Positions 36,928 through 47,124 of a stretch of 64,000 nucleotides of DNA are shown in pieces. The stretch covers positions 105,338,001 to 105,402,000 of the forward strand of contig OX638152.1 in NCBI GenBank assembly GCA_951804945.1, written 5' to 3'. The stretch is from Podarcis cretensis. Its lineage: Eukaryota. A program made the position numbers and the translations under genes. Every line of letters starts with the position of its first letter. Within the stretch, counting starts at the first letter, position 1. Under the pieces are notes generated by a model. That model worked only from the letters and a program-made list of their open reading frames with translations, had not been told where the DNA came from and searched no databases.

Positions 36928-38527
36928 TCTTTTCATTCCCTCGTTTCATCAACCTCCTCTCACCTCCCTTTTTGTATTCCACTTCTATTAATTATTTCAG
37001 CAATTCCTTTCCATCTTTCTCTATTTTCTGTCATATAATTATCTTAATTTATTTTAACCTTATCTTCCATTAATGCCATAATACTTATTTATACTTAACT
37101 CCTTATAACATTTCTACTAAAGCCATATAATTTCATTCCAACATTTTTCTAACACTCATTAATTTTACAATATTTCTATAAATAAACTTTAAACATTTTC
37201 CAATCTTCTTCCACCGTCTCTTCTACCTGGTCTCGGATACTGCCAGTCATTTCCGTCAATTCCATATAGTCCATCAACCTGGTGATCTTCTGTCCGAGGC
37301 TCTTAACTCTTTTCCAAGTCCCTTCTGCATGTCTTCTTCATATTTATACATGCACTTTACTTTGTCTTCTGTTGATCTTGTTCTTAATTTCCTTCCTTTG
37401 ATGCCGAGGAGTAGATCTCGGGGAGGCTCCAACCTAGCAATGTTTTTATTCCTTCTCGACAGGTCAGCCAAATCTCCGTAGTTAGCACTATAGTCCAAAA
37501 GATGTTTCAGGACGTGTTTCAAAATCCCTCCAAAACTGAAAGTCCCCACAACTCCAATCTCCTCCTGGCCCAAGTCCAAATCCCAAAGATCAGTACATCC
37601 CTGCATGAGGGAATCTATCCAACTTTCCTTCTCAAATCCAAGCAGGGTTCCAATCCTCAAAATCTGACTTTCTCTAAATTCAGTCATAGAAGGCAACAAC
37701 TTATATTCATCAAATTGCCTCTGTAAGACTGGAACTCTCTCCACTTGTATTACTTTAGGTTCAACAACAACTTTCCCCCTTGCCTTCTCAACAATTTGCC
37801 ATGTCAAAGTAGATTCCTGAAACAATTCCTGAATAGTTTCTGTATAGATGTTCACTTTTTGTCCCAAATCAGTCACTTTTTGTTCCAAATTGTCAGTTTT
37901 GATAGTCAACACATCCGTCTTCTTCTGAAGCTGTTCCAATGAAGCACTTATCTTGCATAATGCTTCTTCTGTCGACATTCTTACCAATCCAAGGCTTCTT
38001 CTGTCGACATTCTTACCAATCTAAGGTCAATCCCTGGTTCTCACAGTTTTTTATCTCTGCAGCTGGTAATCCCCCCAGCTCCACTCCTGTAACAGTTTCA
38101 AAGGCTCCCTCTAGAGGGAAACAATTTCTATTTGTATCAATCCTTTTAAACACAGTTCAAGCAACAAAATTAGTTTCAATTTTCGGTTACTTTTACTCCT
38201 TTTTAAACGCAGAAGGAAACAATGCAAACAATATATTTCTCTTATTTGCTATCTGTCCACATACGTTTTATTCACAGTCAATGAACTTTCCCAAAACGTC
38301 AGTCTTACTAGCAGCCCGTTTCTGGTGGTAATTTATCTTTCTTCACTCTCTCTCCTGCAGGCTTACACAATCCAAAATTTCCCCCCTCTTCTCCTGCTTC
38401 CAAGAGGGGGTTTAATGATTTTAACCGATGGAGGTTTAATCCTTTACAGAAGACTTTCCGAGACTTTAGCTTGCAGCCTCTTTGCTTCAGCCTATTTACA
38501 AAAGGGGAAGGCGGACTTCTTGTTTTA
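36928..38527 (-). mobile_element. Non-autonomous L1-derived retroelement A (HAL1-like): partial 5'UTR, ORF1-like frame, last ~40 codons of ORF2, 3'UTR
   Basis: 17-bp TSD aacctcacggtttcttt at 36911-36927 and 38528-38544. Region 37276-37149 translates LMDYMELTEMTGSIRDQVEETVEEDWKMFKVYL*KYCKINEC*, homologous to the L1 ORF2 end at 24140-24267. No endonuclease or RT is present. Confidence 0.85.
37274..37978 (-). CDS. L1 ORF1-like coiled-coil protein (234 aa from ATG) of element A
   Basis: Uninterrupted frame with a heptad-like N-terminus LEQLQKKTDVLTIKTDNLEQKVTDLGQKVNIYTETIQEL, located between an L1-type 5'UTR and the ORF2 tail. C-terminal motifs are shared with the ORF at 47938-48504. Confidence 0.6.
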   Translation of the reverse strand: MSTEEALCKISASLEQLQKKTDVLTIKTDNLEQKVTDLGQKVNIYTETIQELFQESTLTWQIVEKARGKVVVEPKVIQVERVPVLQRQFDEYKLLPSMTEFRESQILRIGTLLGFEKESWIDSLMQGCTDLWDLDLGQEEIGVVGTFSFGGILKHVLKHLLDYSANYGDLADLSRRNKNIARLEPPRDLLLGIKGRKLRTRSTEDKVKCMYKYEEDMQKGLGKELRASDRRSPG

Positions 38528-38925
38528 AACCTCACGGTTTCTTTGTTGCTACTTAGCAGGATGGTTCAGCAGCCTTGGAAGCAAGTCGATTTTTCTTTTT
38601 CTTTTTGATTTCTTTAAGCTTTATGAAGATACTCAAGACAGGGGGGTTTATTACAGCGGAAAACCAGACAAAAACAATCACTTCAGTAGATCGCAAGCAC
38701 CCAAACATTAAAGGTTTCTTTCAGGGTCTTTTCACATGTTATGCTGTTGAAACAGCAGAGTTGCCATTAAATGTAAACACAAAAGGGAACCACAGCTGAT
38801 CCTGGATGCTTGATCACTAGGGTTGCTAGGCAACCAGACCAAAATTGCCCGGCTTGACTTTTCACCTGGGAAAATTGCCAGATGTTCTTCGGTAAAGACC
38901 AGGATGTTGGCTGGTTGCTTTTTAA

Positions 38926-38958
<33 letters not shown>

Positions 38959-38970
38959 CATCATCATCAT
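38926..38970. repeat. (ATA)n(ATC)n microsatellite
   Basis: Read directly from the sequence. Confidence 0.9.
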
Positions 38971-39145
38971 GGTGTTTGAGCAGAACCCAGTAGTTTCATT
39001 TCCACACCATACGCAGGCTTGAAATGTTCAGCTCACACATGCTTGCAAAAGAACCCGGTCATTGAGCTCAGCTCCAGTGCACCATTTTCAGGGCTAAATG
39101 CAGAATTTGGGGACCCATTAAGTGTGCTGCCATTGGCTGCCTTCA

Positions 39146-39147
<2 letters not shown>

Positions 39148-39199
<52 letters not shown>
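39148..39199. repeat. (TC)n microsatellite
   Basis: Read directly from the sequence. Confidence 0.95.
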
Positions 39200-39203
<4 letters not shown>

Positions 39204-41639
39204 TCTCTGCCCATCTCCCCTCCCCAGTTAGAAAGAGAGTTGGCAGTCCTACTTACTGCTGCCACCAATTCCAGGTGAGCAAATGACTTCCAAAGATGCC
39301 CATTTCCTATTTGGAAATAAGTCCCCGTGATCTCCACAGGACTTAATTCCTACTTGTGTCCAATGCAGTTGCTCATAGATAGGATGGGTGCCTCACAGCC
39401 TCCCCCTTTACTTCCAGGAACATAGGCTTAGTTATAGTTTTCTTCCACTTCTTTGAACTATCCTGATAAAGATCTTCTTAGTACTATAATTTACAATCCA
39501 CTCCTAGATTCTGAAGATGTCCTGTCCTTCATCACACTCTCATTAAGCACAGCTGAAGGCAGAAAGTGATTAATCATTCTGATTAATCAATTAATGTTTA
39601 ATTGCTGAGTGAGGCCATGTACTTTATTTGCACAAAAACTTTCTCTCTTTCGTACGAAGCTGCCACAGTTCTCACCAGGCTTCCACAACCACAGCTATAC
39701 ATAGCCTCATATGTCCAACCCCAGCAATTTCTGTGGCTGTCATGAATGTCTGCATGCCTCTTTCCCCTTGTACTGCACCATCACATTGCTTTCCATCGTT
39801 CATTTATTTAACCCTGACCCTGCACCCAGCTGCTGCTACTAGAGCCCTGTCTCATTTCTCTCTCTCCCCCAGGTACACATCAACACTGCTTCCTTTTATT
39901 TATCCGGTTTCATGTACTTGAGAAAAAATATATTCTGACCTTTGGTTGTCAAAATAGCACCCATGGTGGTTTGCAAAAATTTTAACAAAAACAATAACAT
40001 TCAATAAAATAATTAAATAACAATATAAAGCAGAGACAACTGCAGCAAATGAAACCAGCTAAAAAGCAATGGGATCAGCTATTAAAATCTGCCTCACAAA
40101 TTCTGCCTATAGTGGTCCATGTACTATCATGCATATACAGTACTGGTAATCCCTAACCTGTTTCTGTGTTTTTAACAGTCACCTGACACTGACCTACAGA
40201 AACTTAGCAGGTGAAGCAAACCTTTTTTGGGGCAGAGATATATGGCAGGTAAAGCTTCACCCTCTTACTTAGTTTCTGAGCCAAATTAGAAGTGCTCATA
40301 ATCAAAAATTTGAATGCTCCAGGTCTAAGATACTTGAGGGAGCATCTTCACCCACATTTTACTCCCCATATTTTGAGAGCAGGAACTGAAACCACCTGAG
40401 ATTAGTCTGGGTTTTGGTGGGGCTTCCTCACCTCTTGAGCTTTCTCTTGCTGAAATGCACCACATCTCCTCTGCTGGCCCTTTTAGGAGAGTTATGGATC
40501 ATTTCCAGACATGTGAGTTGCAATTGTAAATGTTGTCTTCTCTCATATATGGATTTCTAAGCTGCTATTATTTTAATTTTTGATATTTTATACACTTCAC
40601 AATGGCATCTTATCTAGGCTTTGAGCTGGTTTAGGGATTGCAGTGGAAAAGAAGGTTATCTCGCGACAACGTGAAGAATACCTACAATGTCTGTGTAGAC
40701 TGCTGTCAAAGTCACATGACCAGAGCCAATCAAACAATGACAACTTTTGTGTAGCTGCTTTTAAAGGCACTTAAAGCTGTCATTTACTGGCCCTGCTCCT
40801 GTCCTTTAACAGCAGCTTCTGGAAAAGAGAAAGAGAGAGAGATGTGGATTGGATTCAGTGCCTCAGCGGTATCGAAACGTGATTTATTTGGATTACACAA
40901 TATAGGGTGTTCTCACATATTTATCATGTTATTGCTATTTCATGAATACAAAAGATACATTTATTTATATGAGATATGGATCCACATTTTTCAGTATATT
41001 TATGTGAATAATTTTTTTTTTATATTCTTGGTACATTGGATGAAAACTTTGGTGGAGGGGGGAGGTACACTATTAAACAGCCAAGCAAAAACAAATTTTA
41101 ATGGCTTTAGGGTAGTAAAGTTAACCCTAGTCAGATGTTTAAAATGTGCTTTTCTGCAGATAAATTAGTGTATGTAAAAATCACACAAATATGCGCCCTC
41201 TTTCTTTGTGATATGTTTCCTCTTTTCGTGTGTTCCTCCCAGGAGAACTTGTTGCAGAAGTGTAGCTAGCTGGGGGGGGGGCAGTCTGCACCGGCAGGGG
41301 GGTTGTAGGGCGGCATGGGGTTCTGTCACCTGCGCACCTCGCCTGGTTGTCCAGAGCCCAGGGACAGCAGGGAGGAGTGGGCAGACTCATGGCTACTCCA
41401 AGCCAGAGTGGACAGGCATGATGATTCCACCCCCAGGCCTGTGCCATCGGTGGGGGCCAACCTGGCCAACTCCTAGGCATGCCCCCCCCCCCCGGTAATA
41501 TGGTAGCTCCACTTTGATCTGCAGGATAAGGTTTGGAAAATAGCACTCAAGGTTTCTGCTTAATCCTGCATTTGAGCTATGGCTTCCTGCAAAGTTCCAC
41601 TTCAACACTCGCACTCAACAAGCTTTTTAACCACCTTTA

Positions 41640-42050
41640 AGTTGCTGAGGGAGGTCATCCAAGGATTTGGACTCTGTGTATGTGTGTGTTGGGGTTATCA
41701 GGGTGCAGGTGGCAGTCATGAAGCCCTCCTTGTCACTGGAGTCAGGAGAGGCTTTGGAAGTGCTGAATTGCTATATGGACTTGGAATGGCCTGGATAAAC
41801 TGGAGCAGAATTAGCAAGATAGTGGCACTGTGAGTTGGCAGTTCCTGGCCCAGGAAGTTGTATGCCACCTGTTTTGGATGGGGTTGTACTCCCCTTGAGT
41901 GAGGTGTGCAATTTGGGGGTGCTTCATGATCCAGTGTTGTCACGTGAGACCCAAGTGGTCTCAGCAGTTCAGAGCATCTCTTTCCAGCTTAAGCTGGTTC
42001 ATTGGCTGTGACCTTTCATGAATAAGACTAATTTGGCTACAGTGAACCCT
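41640..42050 (+). mobile_element. Highly degraded L2 ORF2 (post-RT) fragment
   Basis: cctgttttggatggggttgtactcccc...gtgtgcaatttgggggtgctt...gatccag...acccaagtggtctcagcag...ttccagcttaagctggtt parallels the L2 region at 56420-56600. Confidence 0.6.
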
Positions 42051-43039
42051 GAATTAATGGGAGATAACTGCGTTTAAGCAAACATGTTCAACAGGCTTTG
42101 TTTTAATTCAATAAATTTCTCCTATAATTGTGGTTTCTTTTAAAAAAGAATCATAGCCCTAAACAGTGCAAGCTCAATATGCAAACTAGGATCTTGTCTT
42201 GTGCTTTGTAAGGAACTTTCAGCTGCTTGTGGTTCACCTACTTAGTTTATGTGAAAGGCTAAGGGAGATGTTAAACAAGGGTAGAGGGAATTGAGGAGTG
42301 ATGCTAATTGAAGCAAAGCATTTTATTAATGTGGAGCACTGGCTCTAGTCATGCCTGAAATCTGAATAATCATCATAACGCTGAACACTTAATAATGCTG
42401 TCTTGTATTCTTTGTTGCACCCCAACTCCCACCAGTCTTAATCATTGTGATCATAAGGAATTGATTGATTAGAACTATGTGAGGAGGCAACAGTGTGTTG
42501 AACCTTCACACTGACCCACCTGCAGACCTGATCAGAAGCACAAATAGGTGGGCTGGAGGTGGGGCAGTGCAGCAGCAAGTGACCATCAATGCCAAGGCCC
42601 AGGACTTCATGGCTGCCATTATGACCATGCAGGGCCATCCCACCCATGAGGCAAGTTGACACAGCAGCCATGAATGGCAGATCTGCCACCTACTTGGCAG
42701 CCTTCCCCTGATGCCTTCTCTACAGAGACCTTTAGGTGAATAGGAGGTACTGCTGGTCCCCTTCCACCCCTAGGGAGGAAATGGAAAGGGCTGCCCTCTG
42801 GGCTCTGCACTCACTCAGCTCATTGCCTCCTCCCATGACAGCCTTTGATTCATCATCATCATCACTGACATCTGATGGAAGGGCGTTCCACAGGGATGGT
42901 GCCACTGCTGAGAAGGCCCTCTGCCCTACTTCAACTGTCGAGTAAGGTTTATTTGATTCCCCACTTGCTCCTGATGTGGATCTTTATTCTCTCCTTGTTC
43001 CTTACATTGTTCTTCATCCACTCCTTCTCCCCTGGCATG

Positions 43040-43935
43040 GAGCAAGCACCATTTTGTGGTTCATCTAAGGTGCCAAAATGTATTGGGCCAGCCCTAAGGC
43101 CATGGGGCAGTTTCAACATGTGGTCTGAAAATGGAGATCTTGACATTGGTCCCTTGTCATGGTCAGATCACCTGCTGCTGTGATTTAGGCTTCAGTACCT
43201 TTTCCCTTCTGCAGAGGTGGACCATAGTCCATCCTTGGAGGCTGATAGATCCAATTGGCTTCCAGGTGAGACTGGAGGATTTTCTGGCTGATAATCCTGT
43301 CAAAAGCTCCTGTCAAAGCCCTGGCCAGCTTGTGGAATATGCAAGTGGCTTGGGCCATTGGCATGAGTGCCCTTTCCCCCTTTGTAGAGCTGGTGTGGCT
43401 CCTTGGTATACACCAGAGCTCAGGGCAATGAAACAAGCTGGGTAAGCTCCAGGCAAATGCAAACTCTGGTGAGTGCTCATCATTGAGTCTACTCGGTCCA
43501 GAGCACTAGCTAGTCCTTTTGTGTTGGATGACTTTCAGTTAGGAAGGCTTGAGGAAATGGACAAAGTGATTGGTTCTATCTGGACAGCCACCTGTGCCCC
43601 ACATGGCTGATAAAAACTAGCAAGGAGGGGACAGCTGGCTGGGCCAGGGAGGTGGTTCATGTCTCTTTGTGAGATGAGTGGTCCCTGGCTGCTTAAAGGA
43701 GGCAGTCATGAGTTCTTAAGAAACCCTCCCTAGATCCAGAAAATCAAAATAATTACCAACAAGTCACCAGTGTCCCTTCCTGGTCAAGGTTCTTATGCTG
43801 GTGGTTGGAGGCCAGATCCAGGCTCTCTTGGATGAAGTCAGCTTTCAAGATCCATTTGAGTTGAAGATTAGGTCCAGTTCTGGCTGAGAAACTGCCCTGG
43901 TCACCCTGAATGATGCCCTTTGTCAGGAGAGAGTG
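43040..43935 (+). mobile_element. Degraded L2 ORF2 fragment from the end of the AP-endonuclease to the start of RT
   Basis: Remnant motifs PLSWSDHLLL (endonuclease SDH), APWYTPELRAMKQAG and LKEAV..KKPSLDPENQNNY, with stops and frameshifts. Confidence 0.75.
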
Positions 43936-43939
43936 TGGC

Positions 43940-43971
<32 letters not shown>

Positions 43972-46151
43972 GTTAACATTTTCATCTTTTGTTATTTTAT
44001 AGTATTCTAGAAAAAACATAAGTTCTATAAGAATTACTGTGCTGTTGGGAGTATTTGTTAATTTTTTTGTCCTCTGCTGCTGGATTTATGCTGTTTTGGG
44101 TTTTATGGTTATTGGTTTTATTTTTATGTAATTTTTTTGTAAAGCTGCAAGCTACCTGTAACACATTTTGTTATAGGGGGACACAAATAAAAAAACAGGC
44201 ATATATGAAGAAATAGCCATTACAAAAAAAATGCCAGGTTAGAGACTTCTGTCCTTGTCCCCTTTTCTCCACCTTTCATTTCCCCTCCCACCACTTGGAT
44301 AACTTATGTCAAGGCAGGTGGGTCAGAATTTGTGTGTGAGAGAGAAGGAGATGGGGCCAGCAGTATCGGTGGTGTCTTTATCAATGACAGGTAATGAGAG
44401 GGGAGTTCATGTATATGGGAGGAAGGGATGGAAACCGTCACAACAGGTAGCATTTCCAAACACAATGCCAAATTTATACTTTCTTTTTTTTTGGTAGATT
44501 TCACATTCCACATTTAGTTAGCTGTTCATTTTGATGGAGTTTAACAGAAAAAATCCCTCAAAATACATTACGGATAAGAACTGAGAAAATCAATGTGGGG
44601 GTAATTTTTGCACACATTCAGAAATATTACGTTGTAGCTGTTAGATACTCACAAGTGCCATTCAGGTCTTCAGATGAGGGGAATAAGTGAGGGGCAGAGT
44701 GAGGGTGGCCGCATGCACCAACCCAGCCCCCAGTCTCCCTGTGCCCACTGATTCCACCATGACTATCCTGAAAAAGCTAAGGAAAGTCTGGCCAAAGGTG
44801 CTTAGACTCCTCCCTGCAACTGAGAACCCTGATTCTGCAAAGTTCTCAACTGTGGGAAAGATTTGAAGGACATTCAGAATGCAGGAAGAACCCCATGAAA
44901 GTGGTTGGCCTCAGTGCAAGAAGCCATGGTCCACCTGCTACTCCCGAGAAATAACACTGAGCTAATTGGAGGAATGTCCAGAGCACAAAGAGTGAAGTGG
45001 CAGAGAGGAAACAGTGGAGGAGGAGGATCATTCATTTTGACAGGCAGATCTGGCTTTTAATCACAGTGAATTATTTCCCCAAGGCACTCCAATCACAGTG
45101 ACTTGGGGAGGAATTAAAAATTGTTTGATTTCCACTTGGATCCTTTCCCCATTGCAAGTCAAGGGAAAGATTGCCATTGTATCCCTCAAAATCCATGGGA
45201 GAGAAAGAAGCTACTCTCCACCAATGGCACTTGGGGTTACAAGGTCCCTGTTCTAGGGTGACATTTTCCCCACAACAGTCTGTCCTGGGGATTTAGGCTG
45301 TTTTTTTCCTCCAGCATGCATTTACCTATGCAAGATTTATTTCTATCCCAAGGAGAAGAGGCTGAGGGAATTCCATAGGAGTGAGCAGAAGCCCATTAAC
45401 AATCTTTGTGTAACAGGATTTTTGCTGGGTGGTGAGATTTTCCTCACTGCAGTCTGTCCTGAGAATCCATGCTCTTCATCTTCCACCCCAGCCCACTTCC
45501 TGAAAGTGGGAACACCTGCTCTTTTGGGAGAACTTCTGCAGCAATCATATGACAGGCTTTGGAAGGTGTGGCCATGCCTACAAATGGCATTCGATTCTGG
45601 CAAAAAATGAGAACGTTATGGACTTTTCCTTTTTATACAAAAAAGCAAAATGTAAAGGTAAATAAACAAACAAAACAAAACAAAGCTAGCTGGATGGATG
45701 GATGGATCTGCCTTCAATCTGGCAGGATTAGTCTAACCTTGAGGGACTCCTATGCCTGTAAATTTCATCCACTTTGGTCCACAGGAGAATGTTATGAGCA
45801 GAAAAGGACTGTAGGGCTCTGACTTTAGGACCCCCTTCTCCCAAAAAACCACCAGGTGCTCATGATCTTCCAAGGTTCTCCACTTTTCTCCACAAGGAGA
45901 AAAGACTCCCCACAGTGGAAGATATGCTGTATATTCCAATATAGGGAAGGGGAAGGAATGGTGCATTTTTAGCTGCATTTCCTGAAGAGGGCTATTGTCT
46001 GTGGCTATTCATTGTAAGGTAAGGTGAGTGGTGGGTGAGAGAGCAGTTTTCAGGGAAGGTTATCTGGTGTCTGCTCTTTTAACTGTGGAAGCCCTGTTGC
46101 ACTTCCTCACTGATACTCCACTGGTCTAAAGTGCTATGTAAGGCAATGGTA

Positions 46152-46366
46152 AAGGTAAAGGGACCGCTGACCATTAGGTCCAGTCGTGGCCGACTCTGGG
46201 GTTGTGGCACTCATCTCACTCTATAGGTCGAGGGAGCCAGCATTTGTCCGCAGACAGCTTCCGGTCATGAACAACGGGGGGAAGGTCGCGGGGATTCGAA
46301 CCGCTGACCTTCCGATCGGCAAGCCCTAGGCTCTGTGGTTTAACCCACAGTGCCACTCTCATCCCT
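46152..46366 (-). mobile_element. Sauria SINE with internal deletion
   Basis: Same head, B box and ACCTTT tail as the copy at 20623 but about 140 bp shorter. 13-bp TSD taaggcaatggta at 46139-46151 and 46367-46379. Confidence 0.9.
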
Positions 46367-46407
46367 TAAGGCAATGGTAGCATGCTGGGAAAACTACAAT
46401 TATAGAA

Positions 46408-46526
46408 TAAGGTTACCAGACATCCCTGTTTCCCAGGGACAGTCCCTGGATTTACACATCAGTCCCCACAATCCATTGAAGTTGAAAAGTGTCCCCAGAT
46501 TCATTGAAAAAAATCTGGTAACCTTA
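46408..46526. mobile_element. 119-bp hAT-type MITE
   Basis: Perfect 13-bp TIR TAAGGTTACCAGA/TCTGGTAACCTTA; flanks ttatagaa / ctgtagaa match at 6/8. Confidence 0.75.
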
Positions 46527-47124
46527 CTGTAGAAGCCAATTTTATGCCAAATAAATTCTGAATTTCATACCAACCTGCCCTTCCCTCATTTTTTTTTTTT
46601 TTTTTTTTTTTTTTGCCAAGGCTCAGTGAGGACCTTTGCTGTGGCTGTATGCGGATTGTGAATTAATAACCTGTGCCCTCCCCCTTTATTGCTGGCCCCC
46701 TGGCCTGCGGTCAGCAATGATGGAAGTTGTAGACCAATAATATCTAGGGGCCCACATTTTGCCACCCCTGGTTCCATCCTCAGGAGTTTTATTTGTACCT
46801 GTCTCTTCTTGCTTCCTACTGGTACAACTAAGTTCTTTTTATTCCAGCTGGACTGAGATGTTCCTCTCAGGACTGGTCCTATTATGAGGCAGAGTGAGGT
46901 GGCTGCCTTAGGCAGAAGATGCTGAGGGGGTGTGTGTAGACATTGCTGGTTGGGCCAGGCAGCTGCCCCTGCATCTCCTATGCCAGCCTGCTGCACTCAG
47001 GCGCAGTGCCCTCAGAGCTGAAGAGCGCTTCAAAGGCTAGTTTGGTCAGCTCCTGCATCTGAAATGGGGGAGACGCCATCCTGTCAATTGGCTTGGCCTT
47101 AGGCAGTCAAATATCTTGGGCCAG

